From an uncultured Chloroflexia bacterium (GTDB lineage Bacteria > Chloroflexota > Limnocylindria > Limnocylindrales > CSP1-4), in NCBI GenBank assembly GCA_963749705.1, contig CAVVNQ010000017.1, positions 1 through 47,280 on the forward strand: a stretch of DNA of 47,280 nt. The letters run 5' to 3'. Positions 31,939-41,432 of this stretch are shown piece by piece. The stretch's first letter is position 1; every line of letters begins with the position of its first letter. The notes under the pieces were generated by a model. The model did no database searches, was not told the DNA's origin, and saw only the letters and a list, made by a program, of their open reading frames with translations. The position numbers and the translations under genes are program-made.

Positions 31939-32478
31939 ATGTCTTCCGAGTACCCACTGCCCGCCCTCGCCGACATCTACCGCGGCTGGGCGGCCCACCA
32001 GGACCGCCTCCTCGAGGTCATCGGGCCGCTGACCGACGAGCAGATGCAGCTGCGGCCCGCGCCCGATCATTGGGCCGTGTGGCAGCTGGCGGCCAACATG
32101 GTGGGCGGCCGGGCCTACTGGTTCCACGACGTCCTGGGTGAAGGTGACCCGGCCGTGCGCGACATGTTCCGCGTCGCCGCCACGACCGTGCCCGGCCTCC
32201 CGCTCATCGACGCCGGATGGGAGGACGACGAGAACCATCCGCGGACCGCGGCCGAGGTGGCCGACGCATTCCACGCGACCTGGCGGCTCGTCGACGACTG
32301 CCTCCGGCGCTGGACGGAGGAGGATCTCCGGGTCGCCTTCTCGCGGCCGCGCCGGCACGGTGGTACGGCCTCCACGCGCGGATGGGTGATCTGGCACGCC
32401 ATCGAGCACGAGCTGCAGCACGGCGCGGAGATCGCGCTCATCCTCCGCAGCCACGGCCTGCCGACGCTCGCCCTCTAG
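31939..32478 (+). CDS. DinB/YfiT-family protein
   Basis: LTDEQMQLRP, WVIWHAIEHELQHGAEIALIL. Confidence 0.8.
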   Translation: MSSEYPLPALADIYRGWAAHQDRLLEVIGPLTDEQMQLRPAPDHWAVWQLAANMVGGRAYWFHDVLGEGDPAVRDMFRVAATTVPGLPLIDAGWEDDENHPRTAAEVADAFHATWRLVDDCLRRWTEEDLRVAFSRPRRHGGTASTRGWVIWHAIEHELQHGAEIALILRSHGLPTLAL

Positions 32479-32566
32479 CGTTCGGAGCCGGTCGCGCCCC
32501 GCCGGGCCCCGCGCCGGTCAGTCGTTCTCAGGCAGTCCTCAGCCGGTCAGGGCATCCTTACCCTGA

Positions 32567-33718
32567 ATGACCACCTCACGCCCGCCCCGCGTGGAGCCCG
32601 GCCGCGAACCGCGTATGCGTCCCAGCGACGAGCGTGCGCTGCTCGCGCATGCCGCACGCACGAACCGTCGGATCGCGGTCGTGGCGCTGGTCGGGGCGCT
32701 GGTCGCCCTGGGCCTCGTCGCATGGCGGTTCGTGCTGCCCGCGGATGCCGGCTGCCAGTCCGCCGCCTGGGCCGCGTCACCGGCGATCGAGGAGCTGCCG
32801 CTGGGCTGGACCATCAGCTCCAGCCAGTACGACGTCAGCCGCAAGACGATGACCCTGCTGGGTCCGGCCCCATCCGACGGCACGTCCAACCAGGCCGTCC
32901 TGTACGCGACGGTCACCTGCTACCCACAGGGCGCCGCCGAGTCCGTGTCCAAGTCCGCGGAGGCCGCGGCCGCCGCGGGCCAGACGGTGACCTCGCGCAG
33001 CGACCTCGGCGACCAGGGCTTCAGCGCCACCGACGCATCGGGCGCGGCCTTCGTCCAGTTCCGCCACGGCAACGTGGTGGTCTACATCGCGGCGTCGGGT
33101 GACGCCACCAGCGATGAGGTCGAGGCAGTCGCCTCGGCATTCGACCGGGCGATGGGCGGCGACGGTGCCGCGCTCGCGATCGGAACCCCGGACACCACCG
33201 GCGCGAGCCCGTCCGCGGATCATGCAAGCCCGGGCGTATCCGACCAGCCCATCCCCACCGACAGCCCGGCCGCACCGGAGCTCGTGGCGGCCCTGCCCAC
33301 GCAGGTCGGCGACGTCACGCTCACCGTCGAGAGCGCGCTCGGTCCCGACATCCTGGGCGATGACCAGGGGAGCCGCGCGATCACCGCCGCCCTGCGCGCC
33401 GACGGCCGCACGCCGGATGACCTCCGGGTCGCCCAGGCGTATGACGCCACCGGGCAGTCGGACCTGTCGATCCTGGGGGTCAGCGTCGCGGGCATGAGCC
33501 TGGACTCGGTCAAGTCCCTGGTCATGACCTCCTGGCTTGCGGCCACGGGCCCCGGAGTCGTGACCGACATGGTGACCCTCGGCGGCCACGAGTTCACCCG
33601 GATCGACTACGGCGACGGCGGGACCATCGACTACCTCCTGGCGCAGGGCGACCACGTCCTGCTGATCGAGACCGCCGACGCCGCGCTGGCCGCGCAGGCC
33701 GCGGCCGCGCTGCCCTGA
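32567..33718 (+). CDS. Membrane-anchored extracytoplasmic hypothetical protein (two domains, Pro/Ser linker)
   Basis: Single N-terminal hydrophobic segment after RR; acidic Ala/Thr/Ser-rich remainder. Confidence 0.7.
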   Translation: MTTSRPPRVEPGREPRMRPSDERALLAHAARTNRRIAVVALVGALVALGLVAWRFVLPADAGCQSAAWAASPAIEELPLGWTISSSQYDVSRKTMTLLGPAPSDGTSNQAVLYATVTCYPQGAAESVSKSAEAAAAAGQTVTSRSDLGDQGFSATDASGAAFVQFRHGNVVVYIAASGDATSDEVEAVASAFDRAMGGDGAALAIGTPDTTGASPSADHASPGVSDQPIPTDSPAAPELVAALPTQVGDVTLTVESALGPDILGDDQGSRAITAALRADGRTPDDLRVAQAYDATGQSDLSILGVSVAGMSLDSVKSLVMTSWLAATGPGVVTDMVTLGGHEFTRIDYGDGGTIDYLLAQGDHVLLIETADAALAAQAAAALP

Positions 33719-33814
33719 GCGACCGCACCGCAATCCACCCCTCCACAACGGACCGCCACGTCGTATGCTCGCGGAAATCGGCGATCGCAGGGCTGTCAGG
33801 CGCGAGGAGGGTGC

Positions 33815-34324
33815 GTGCAGGAGTCACTCGTTGCATATGCGGGGGACTGCGTCCTGCGTGGCGAGGTCGAGCTCGGTGACGGGCGCCTCAGCGACGAGGT
33901 CAACGACCGCGAGCTGCTGATGTTCCGGACGGCGACGCTCGAGGCGCTGGATGACGGGCACCGGGTCGCCATGGACGAGCTCGAGGTCGAGCGTCGCGAC
34001 CTCCACGTCATCGAGGTCGTCGGCCGGCGCGGGGACCCGGGCCGGCGGCTGCGCACGGTCGAGGACCGCGTGGTGCTCGAGGTCGGGCCGTTCATCGTGA
34101 CCGGCAACCTCCACCGGGCGCCGAACACGCAGCCGCTCGCGGCGCTCTCCCGCTGGGCGAAGTTCGTGCCCGTGACCGATGCCGAGCTGCGGGTCGGGCG
34201 CGAGGCGCCCGCGCGTCACCAGGACGTCCTGCTCGTCAACCGCGACCGGATCTCGAAGACGCAGCCGGTGGGGGACTCCTCCGCCAGCCCCGGCGCCCCC
34301 TGGGACCAGGCGACGACCAGCTAG
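33815..34324 (+). CDS. Hypothetical protein with two similar beta-rich half-domains
   Basis: GAGGAGG RBS + GTG; halves G.V.L..GRLSD..N...V.R..L and G.LH....FVPVTDA...VNRDRI. Confidence 0.7.
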   Translation: MQESLVAYAGDCVLRGEVELGDGRLSDEVNDRELLMFRTATLEALDDGHRVAMDELEVERRDLHVIEVVGRRGDPGRRLRTVEDRVVLEVGPFIVTGNLHRAPNTQPLAALSRWAKFVPVTDAELRVGREAPARHQDVLLVNRDRISKTQPVGDSSASPGAPWDQATTS

Positions 34325-34425
34325 GCGCCGCGGCCCACCGTCCGGCACCGCCGGGCCCGGCCCCGCCCGATGTCACGCTGGCGTCACCGTTGCCGGGCAG
34401 GCTCCGCCGGGTGATGATGACGTTC

Positions 34426-35157
34426 ATGGCAGCCCCCGCGCTCGACACTGCGCCGATCCTCGTGGTCGACGACGATCCCAAGATCGTCAGCCTGGTCCGC
34501 ACCTATCTCGAGCGTGAGCGCTACGCCGTGGTCACTGCCATGGACGGACGCTCCGCGCTGCGCGCGATCGAGGACTCGACGCCCCGGCTGGTCGTCCTGG
34601 ACCTCATGATCCCCGAGATCGACGGCCTCACGGTCATCCGGCGCGCGCGCGAGCTGGGCGACGTCCCGATCCTCGTGTTGTCGGCGCGGGGAGCCGTGGG
34701 AGACCGGATCCTGGGCCTCAGCGAGGGCGCCGACGACTACCTGGCCAAGCCATTCTCGCCGGCCGAGCTGGTGGTGCGCGTGCGGACGATCCTGCGCCGG
34801 ACGGAACGGTCCGGGCCCGGTGGCCCTGCCGGCATTCTCGTCCTGGGCGACCTCGAGCTCGATCCTGACCGGCACCAGGCCACCGTCGGCGGTGCCGGCG
34901 TCACCCTCAGCGCGCTCGAGCTGCGCCTGCTGGGTGCGCTGCTCGATGCCGACGGCCGGGTGCTCAGCCGCGACCAGCTGCTCGACGCGATCCATGGCAC
35001 GGGCGAGGGCGACGTCACGGACCGGGCGATCGACCAGTACGTCAAGCGGCTGCGCGAGAAGCTCGGCGATGATCCCGCCGCGCCCCGGTACGTGGCCACC
35101 GTCCGCGGCGTCGGCTACCGGGCGGCCGGGCCCGTCGAGCACAGGGCGACCGGGTGA
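34426..35157 (+). CDS. OmpR-family response regulator (start could be anywhere 34411-34426)
   Basis: ILVVDDD, LDLMIPEIDG, GADDYLAKPFS, winged helix ending TVRGVGY. Confidence 0.92.
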   Translation: MAAPALDTAPILVVDDDPKIVSLVRTYLERERYAVVTAMDGRSALRAIEDSTPRLVVLDLMIPEIDGLTVIRRARELGDVPILVLSARGAVGDRILGLSEGADDYLAKPFSPAELVVRVRTILRRTERSGPGGPAGILVLGDLELDPDRHQATVGGAGVTLSALELRLLGALLDADGRVLSRDQLLDAIHGTGEGDVTDRAIDQYVKRLREKLGDDPAAPRYVATVRGVGYRAAGPVEHRATG

Positions 35158-36218
35158 GCGGGCCGCGCGACGGGCTCTCGGCCCGCATCCTGCTCGCGTC
35201 GCTCGCGGTGGCGGCCGTGTCCCTCGGGATCGTCGCCGTGGGCGTGCTGCGCGTCGGGGGCGACTCGTTCGAGGCGCTGATGATGGCCGCGGGCGCCAGC
35301 GCCGAGCACGCCCACGAGATGTTCGACTCGAGCGTCACGGTCGTGTTCGGGATCGCGGCCGCGGTGGCCGCGGTGGTCGCGGTTGTGCTGGCGACGGTCC
35401 TGTCGCGTCGCCTGGCCCGGCCGATCGAGCGGCTCGCGAAGGCCGCCGCCCGGATCGCCGACGGCGACCTGTCGGCCCGCGTGCCGGAGGAGGGCCCGGT
35501 GGAGCTGCGCGCGCTGGCGGCGTCGTACAACACGATGGCCGCCCGGCTGTCCGAGCAGGAGGCGATCCGGCGCGAGTTCATCGTCAATGCGTCGCACGAG
35601 CTGCGCACGCCGCTGACCAACCTCCAAGGCTACCTCGAGGCGCTGCGTGACGGCGTGCTGCCGCCCGATCCCGCGATGTTCGACTCGCTGCGCGAGGAGG
35701 TCGACCGGCTGACCCGCCTTGCCGCCTCGCTCGACGTCCTGGCCGGCGCGGACGGCGAGCCCGGGATCGCCCGCGACCTGGACGTGGCGCCCATCGTCCG
35801 GAGTGCGGCGGACCTTGTGGCGCCGGTGCTCACCCGTCGCTCGATCTCGCTGGCCGTGGAGGTGCCGCCCGGGCTCCAGGCCCACGTCCGCCCCGACGAG
35901 CTGACCCAGGTCCTGGCGAACCTGCTCCAGAACGCGGTCCGCTACACGCCCGAGGGCGGCGAGGTTCGGGTGACCGCCGGCCGCGTGGCGGGAGGCGTGG
36001 ACATCCGGGTCGCGAACACCGGACCCGGCATCCCGGAGCCGGATCTGCCGCGCGTCTGGGAGCGCTTCTACCGGGTGGAGAAGTCCCGCGACCGAGCGCG
36101 CGGCGGGGCCGGCATCGGCCTCACGATCGTGCGCCAGCTGGTCGAGGCCGCGGGCGGCCGGGTGGGCGTCACCAGCGAGCGCGGCTGGACGACGTTCTGG
36201 GTGCGCCTGCCCGCCTGA
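35154..36218 (+). CDS. Sensor histidine kinase with HAMP domain (BaeS-like)
   Basis: Two TM segments, ASHELRTPL, NLLQNAVRY, NTGPGI, ERFYR, GAGIGL. Confidence 0.92.
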   Translation: MSGPRDGLSARILLASLAVAAVSLGIVAVGVLRVGGDSFEALMMAAGASAEHAHEMFDSSVTVVFGIAAAVAAVVAVVLATVLSRRLARPIERLAKAAARIADGDLSARVPEEGPVELRALAASYNTMAARLSEQEAIRREFIVNASHELRTPLTNLQGYLEALRDGVLPPDPAMFDSLREEVDRLTRLAASLDVLAGADGEPGIARDLDVAPIVRSAADLVAPVLTRRSISLAVEVPPGLQAHVRPDELTQVLANLLQNAVRYTPEGGEVRVTAGRVAGGVDIRVANTGPGIPEPDLPRVWERFYRVEKSRDRARGGAGIGLTIVRQLVEAAGGRVGVTSERGWTTFWVRLPA

Positions 36219-36271
36219 GCTCTCGGCCCTGAAGGAGCTCTCTGCGCAACTCAAGCGCGCGATGAGGTGGC

Positions 36272-36290
36272 GTAGTCCATGTGCTACATT
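36272..36290 (+). promoter_or_regulatory. Toxin-antitoxin promoter/operator; probable leaderless transcript
   Basis: Imperfect palindrome GTAGTC..GCTAC overlapping an extended -10 TGcTACATT, 7 nt before ATG 36298. Confidence 0.5.
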
Positions 36291-36297
36291 GCGGCTC

Positions 36298-36576
36298 ATG
36301 GATCGCATCGCCGTTCGGGAGCTGCGGAATCAGGCCAGCAAGGTGGTGCGTCGGGCTCGCTCGGGTGAGCGGCTGATCATCACCGTCGACGGCGTGCCCG
36401 CAGCCGAGATCGGGCCGGTCAGCACCGCCGGGCGGGCAACCAGCATCGAGGAGCTCATCGCAGCCGGCACGGTCCTCGCGCCGCGAACTCGCAGCGTTCC
36501 GCCACGTCCGGAGCCCCGGCATGCTCCGTCGGACCGTTCGAGCTCGGACGTCCTGGGGCGGCTGCGCGAGCGCTGA
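36298..36576 (+). CDS. Phd/YefM-family antitoxin
   Basis: IAVRELRNQASKVVRRA..GE..IITVDG.P.A. Confidence 0.88.
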   Translation: MDRIAVRELRNQASKVVRRARSGERLIITVDGVPAAEIGPVSTAGRATSIEELIAAGTVLAPRTRSVPPRPEPRHAPSDRSSSDVLGRLRER

Positions 36577-36977
36577 TGCTGTTCCTCGACACCTCGGCGC
36601 TGATCAAGCGCTACGTCGTGGAGGAGGGAACCGATCAGGTCGTCCGGCGCATGGACGAGGATGCGGAGTGGGCCGTGTCGTCGGTCGCCCGGACCGAAGC
36701 CGAGATCATGCTCTGCCGGCTCGGCTTCGCAGCCGACGAGCTCGACGCTCTACGGCAGCGCCTGCGCGACGACTGGGAGCGTTGCCACGTGGTGCCGGTC
36801 GATCCTGCCTGTCTGGATCGGGCGGCCGAGCTCGGCTGCCGGCACGATGTCCGAACGCTCGACGCGCTGCATCTGGCTGCCGCCGACCGACTGCCGCGTC
36901 CGATCGTGATGCTGACCTTCGATCGGCGCCAGGCGGACGCCGCGCGTGCGATGGGCCTCGACGTCGAGGGCGTATGA
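36576..36977 (+). CDS. vapC: VapC-family PIN-domain toxin
   Basis: FLDTSALIKRY..E, RTLDALHLAAA, TFD.RQ; TGATG coupling to the antitoxin. Confidence 0.9.
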   Translation: MLFLDTSALIKRYVVEEGTDQVVRRMDEDAEWAVSSVARTEAEIMLCRLGFAADELDALRQRLRDDWERCHVVPVDPACLDRAAELGCRHDVRTLDALHLAAADRLPRPIVMLTFDRRQADAARAMGLDVEGV

Positions 36978-37013
36978 GCGGGGCTCGGGCTGCGGGTGCG
37001 GCCTGAACCCGCC

Positions 37014-37910
37014 TCAGCGACCCTTCGCGTATCCCGTGGCGGTGAGCTTGTCCCACAGCGAGCCGGCGTTCTGGTTCTGGATGTGATCCATCATGTACGC
37101 CTGCCCGACGTCGACCGGACCGAACTCGTCGTCGAACCGGACCCGGGCGATCGTCTCGTCGCGTGACCAGCCCTTGCCCACCGCATCGGCGACCGCGGCC
37201 TTCCAGCGCAGCAGCACCGCGCGCTGCGTGTTCACGTAGTCGAGGGTGACGACCGGGCCGTGCCCGGGCACGACGTGATCGACGTCCAGCTGGCGGATCC
37301 GCTCGAGCGCCTCCAGCCACTGGTCCACGTCGGAGGTCATGAGCCACGTCTGGCAGCCGGAGAAGATGGTGTCGCCCGTGAACACGACCCGCTCCTCGGG
37401 CACGTGGACGGCGAGCTGTCCGGGCGTATGCCCCGGGGTCCACAGGCAGTGGAACGTGTGGTCGCCCACCTTGAGCATGAGGTCGCCGGTGAACACCACA
37501 GTGCCCCGCGGCAGGTCGGCGTAGTAGGCGTCCCGGTCCGGGATGAGCGGGGCAGCCTCCGGGTCATCGGTCGGGATCGCCTCGAGGGCGTAGGCGAACG
37601 GGTCCAGCGCCGCCGTCGAGTCCATGAAGATGTCGTACAGCGCCTGGTGGTTGACGACCTTGCCCGCGCCGCGGAACCAGTGGTTGCCGAAGATGTGGTC
37701 GACGTGGTTCTCGGTGTTGATCAGGTAGCGGATCGGGCCGTGCGTCTCCGCCTCCTCACGCATCGCCACCGCCCGCGTCGGGAGCTGCGGCGTGTCGATC
37801 ACGACGACGCCGTCCGAGGTCACGACGAAGCTCGGGTTGCAGCCACGCAGCTTCGTCGTCGTGTACACGTTGGGCGTGACTCGCTCCATCATCGAGGCGA
37901 GCGCTTCCAT
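37014..37910 (-). CDS. Metallo-beta-lactamase-fold hydrolase (cyclase-like subgroup)
   Basis: VVIDTP, NTENHVDHIFGN, TPGHT, FTGD, VPGHG. Confidence 0.85.
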   Translation of the reverse strand: MEALASMMERVTPNVYTTTKLRGCNPSFVVTSDGVVVIDTPQLPTRAVAMREEAETHGPIRYLINTENHVDHIFGNHWFRGAGKVVNHQALYDIFMDSTAALDPFAYALEAIPTDDPEAAPLIPDRDAYYADLPRGTVVFTGDLMLKVGDHTFHCLWTPGHTPGQLAVHVPEERVVFTGDTIFSGCQTWLMTSDVDQWLEALERIRQLDVDHVVPGHGPVVTLDYVNTQRAVLLRWKAAVADAVGKGWSRDETIARVRFDDEFGPVDVGQAYMMDHIQNQNAGSLWDKLTATGYAKGR

Positions 37911-37932
37911 ATGGCGAGGTCCTCCGGTCGGG

Positions 37933-38718
37933 CTACTGGGTCGCGGTCAGGCCGCCGTCGATCGCCAGCACGTGGCCGGTCACGAACGAGGCGGCGTCAG
38001 AGCACAGGAAGATGGCGGGCCCCGCGATGTCCCGGGTCTCGCCCACGCGGCCGAGCGGGATCCGGCTGACGATCCCGGCCTTGAACGCGGGATCGGCGAG
38101 GAGCGAGGCCACCTGGGGCGTGTCGACGAACGTGGGCATGATCGCGTTGACGCGGATCCCGTACCTCGCCCACTCGGTCGCCCACTGGCGGGTGAGCGAG
38201 CTGATCGCACCCTTGGCGGCGACGTACGCCGAGTACCCGGCGTTGATGCCGAGGTTGGCCCGGACCGACGAGATGTTGAGGACGCTGCCGCCCTCGCCCG
38301 CCCGGATCATGGCCCGCACGGCTGCCTGGGTGGCGACCAGGGTGCTCCGGACGTTGAGCTCCATGATCCAGTCCCAATCCTCGCGCGGGTAGTCCTCCGC
38401 CGGGTGGAGGACGTTGCCGGCGCCGCCGCCGATGGCGTTGACGATGATGTCGATCCGGCCGAACCGCTCGATGGTGGCGGCGACCATCCGATCGCAGTCC
38501 GCCTCGCTGGTCGCATCGGCGACGATCGCCAGGCCCTCCGAACCGGCTGCGGCGACGCGGGCCACGGCAGCGTCGAGGGCCTCGGGCGTCCGACCTGCGA
38601 CGGCGACCCGCGCACCGGCGACGGCGAACGACTCCGCCAGCGCCGCGCCGATCCCGCCGCTCCCGCCGGGGATCAGGGCGACGCGGCCGGCCAGGCTGAA
38701 CATGCTCAGATCGCCCAT
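37933..38718 (-). CDS. Short-chain dehydrogenase/reductase
   Basis: PGGSGGIG, NISS, YVAAK, GIRVNAI, IDGG. Confidence 0.92.
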   Translation of the reverse strand: MGDLSMFSLAGRVALIPGGSGGIGAALAESFAVAGARVAVAGRTPEALDAAVARVAAAGSEGLAIVADATSEADCDRMVAATIERFGRIDIIVNAIGGGAGNVLHPAEDYPREDWDWIMELNVRSTLVATQAAVRAMIRAGEGGSVLNISSVRANLGINAGYSAYVAAKGAISSLTRQWATEWARYGIRVNAIMPTFVDTPQVASLLADPAFKAGIVSRIPLGRVGETRDIAGPAIFLCSDAASFVTGHVLAIDGGLTATQ

Positions 38719-38736
38719 CGTCCACCTTCTCCCATC

Positions 38737-38773
38737 TCGATGACGATGCTAGTATCATCGACAATCGATTATC
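38737..38773. promoter_or_regulatory. Overlapping palindromes, candidate GntR operator in the divergent promoter
   Basis: TCGATGA-N11-TCATCGA (38737-38761) and ATCGA-CAA-TCGAT (38757-38769). Confidence 0.5.
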
Positions 38774-38845
38774 TGCCAAACGCGCGCTCGGGCGGGACGA
38801 TACGTCGGAGCGACGCTGACGATCGATCGGAAGGAGGTCCGGGCC

Positions 38846-40675
38846 GTGGCGGTGGCAGAGGAGATCCTGGGGCAGTTCCTCGGCGACGCGTCGTTCCCCG
38901 TGACCTGGGACTCCGATGTCGAGCGGGAGTTCTTCTGGGTCTACGACGACCTGCACTGCCCGCACCCGGTCAGCCCGATGTTCTTCGACATCGGTGGCTG
39001 GTGGCTCAGCTGCGACCACATGTTCCGGCGGTTCGGCACCCCGTTCGCGGTGGACTGGCTGGCCAAGAACGTCAACGGCTACGTCTACACGACCGCGATC
39101 CCGGCGGACCCGGACCTGCGGATCGACGCGACCGAGTACTCCGCGCGGTACGGCGCCCGTGTGCCGCGCGACGCAGCCTACGCGACGACCATGGGCAAGT
39201 ACCTGGACACGGTCCTGCCCGTGTACGGCGAGCACTTCGCGGAGTGGTGGCGGGACCGGCTGCGCCCCGAGATGGAACGCAACTTCACGTACCTGGAGGG
39301 CCGTTTGGACGAGGCGGACCGGATGAGCCTGGCCGAGGTCGCGTGCCTGCTCGAGGACGCGATCGACATCCACGATCGCCATTGGAAGATCCACTGGATG
39401 CTCAACTTCGCGCAGCTGTCGGCGACGCTCAACCTGCGGGCGGTCATGGAGAAGACGCGTGGGAGCGTGGACGAGCAGCTGCTCGGTCGGCTCCAGAACT
39501 CGGCCTCGGACCGCAACTGGGACTCGATCGAGACCCTGTGGACGATGAAGAACGAGGTCCGCGACGACCCCGAGCTGCGGGCCGCCTTCGCGGGCACGGC
39601 ACCGCGCGAGATCGGCGCCGCGCTCCGGGCCACCGAGCGTGGCCGCCGGTTCATCGCCCAGCGCGTCGAGCCCTACCAGCGCGAGTTCGGCTGGCACGCG
39701 GTGTGGAGCCACGAGTTCATCTTCCCCACCGCCCGCGAGGAGATGGAGCCGGTGCTCGAGCTCGTGCGCGGGTACCTCGACACCGACTATGACTACCCCG
39801 CCGCGATCGACGCCATGCGCCGGGACATCGAGGCGGCGTCGGCGGAGATCCTCGAGGGGCTGACCGGCGACGCGCTCGAGGAGATGCGCGCCGCCAACGC
39901 CGTCAACCTGCGGATGGCGCCGCTCACCCCGGACCATCACTTCTACATCGACCAGGGCGCCAACGCCCACGTCCGGCTCGTGCTCATCGCGATCGGCCGC
40001 AAGCTGGTCGAGGCGGGCCGTCTCGACCAGCCCGACGACGTCATGTTCCTGCGCTACAACGAGCTGCGGGCGCTGATCGGCGACGCGGCGGCGATCGAGG
40101 CACGCGCGATCGTGGCGACGCGACGCGCGGAGCGGACGGCATCGGAGGCGCTGCGCCCGCGCGACTGGATCGGCACGGCCACGCCGTCGCAGCTCGCGTT
40201 CCCGTACCTCGTCAACTGGGGATACCCGGACCGGTTCCACCAGCAGCAGTCCGCCGACGTGCGCAGCATCACGGGGCTGGGTGCATCGCCCGGGATCCTC
40301 GAGGGGATCGCCCGGGTCGTGCGCACCGTCGACGAGTTCGACGAGGTGCGCGACGGCGACATCCTGGTGTGCCAGATGACCAACCCCGCCTGGGTCGTCC
40401 TGTTCACCAAGATCGCGGGCCTGGTCACCGACACCGGCGGCACGACCTCGCATCCCGCGGTCCTCGCCCGCGAGTTCGGGATCCCGGCCGTCATCGGCAC
40501 GTCCGTGGCCACGCACCGGATCACGACCGGCGACCGGATCCGAATCGATGGCACCGCCGGGACCGTGGACATCCTGGCCACGGCTGCGGGCGCCGCGCCG
40601 GGCACCACCCCGGACACTTCGCCGGGCCCGACGCCAGATGCCGGGCCGTCAGCCCGGACCCCGGTCGGAACGTGA
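38846..40675 (+). CDS. PEP-utilizing enzyme subunit: substrate-binding domain plus swivelling phospho-His domain (phenylphosphate synthase A / CreH-like)
   Basis: AAGGAGG RBS; C-terminal GLGASPG...GDILVC..TNPAW...GGTTSHPAVLAREFGIPAV; no ATP-grasp motifs (GGK, VRSS, QxRP) seen. Confidence 0.8.
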   Translation: MAVAEEILGQFLGDASFPVTWDSDVEREFFWVYDDLHCPHPVSPMFFDIGGWWLSCDHMFRRFGTPFAVDWLAKNVNGYVYTTAIPADPDLRIDATEYSARYGARVPRDAAYATTMGKYLDTVLPVYGEHFAEWWRDRLRPEMERNFTYLEGRLDEADRMSLAEVACLLEDAIDIHDRHWKIHWMLNFAQLSATLNLRAVMEKTRGSVDEQLLGRLQNSASDRNWDSIETLWTMKNEVRDDPELRAAFAGTAPREIGAALRATERGRRFIAQRVEPYQREFGWHAVWSHEFIFPTAREEMEPVLELVRGYLDTDYDYPAAIDAMRRDIEAASAEILEGLTGDALEEMRAANAVNLRMAPLTPDHHFYIDQGANAHVRLVLIAIGRKLVEAGRLDQPDDVMFLRYNELRALIGDAAAIEARAIVATRRAERTASEALRPRDWIGTATPSQLAFPYLVNWGYPDRFHQQQSADVRSITGLGASPGILEGIARVVRTVDEFDEVRDGDILVCQMTNPAWVVLFTKIAGLVTDTGGTTSHPAVLAREFGIPAVIGTSVATHRITTGDRIRIDGTAGTVDILATAAGAAPGTTPDTSPGPTPDAGPSARTPVGT

Positions 40676-40685
40676 CGGCGGCCGC

Positions 40686-41432
40686 GTGACGACCGACCAC
40701 CTGCCGTCCCGCAGCGTCCTGGCGGACCAGGTCCGCGACCACCTGCTCGAGGGGATCCTCAGCGGCCGCTACCCGCCGCACTCGAGGATCGTCGAGACCC
40801 AGGTCGCGCGCCAGCTGGGCACCAGCCAGGCGCCGGTCCGCGAGGCGCTGCGCGGGCTCGAGGCGCTGGGCGTCGTCGTCATCTCGCCGTTCCGCGGCGC
40901 CCGGGTACGACGCCCGACCCGGCGCGAGATCCTGGAGGCCTACGCGGTCCGGTCCGCGCTCGAGGTGCTCGCGGCGAGGCTGGCGGTCGCGCGGATGGAC
41001 GACGCAGATCTCGCCGAGCTCGCCGGCTATGGCGAGGCGATGAACAGGGCCGCGGCGACGGGTGACGGTCGCGCGGTGGCCGACGCTGACGCGAGGCTCC
41101 ATGGGCGGATCGTGGAGCTCGCCGACAACCCGACCCTGGCCAAGGTGTGGCGCTCGCTGGAGCCGGTGTCGCGGACGTACATCAGCCTGACCGCCCAGGG
41201 CGCGGATCCCGCCTGGTCCGCGCACCTCCACGGCCCGATCCTCGACGCGCTCCGGCGGCGTGACGTTGAGGGCGTGGCCGCGGCGATCGAGCGTCACTTC
41301 ACGGACGCGAGCGCCAACATGGCGCAGCGCTGGCCGGACACCGGCCTGCCCGGCGAGACCGGGGACATGACCGAACCGGCGGTAGCCGAAGCCCGACCGG
41401 ACCAGCCGACCACTTCAGCAGGGACACCATGA
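40686..41432 (+). CDS. GntR (FadR/FCD) family regulator
   Basis: LADQVRD...G.Y.P..RIVE...LGTSQAPVREAL..LE, D..LH..IVE..DN. Confidence 0.9.
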   Translation: MTTDHLPSRSVLADQVRDHLLEGILSGRYPPHSRIVETQVARQLGTSQAPVREALRGLEALGVVVISPFRGARVRRPTRREILEAYAVRSALEVLAARLAVARMDDADLAELAGYGEAMNRAAATGDGRAVADADARLHGRIVELADNPTLAKVWRSLEPVSRTYISLTAQGADPAWSAHLHGPILDALRRRDVEGVAAAIERHFTDASANMAQRWPDTGLPGETGDMTEPAVAEARPDQPTTSAGTP

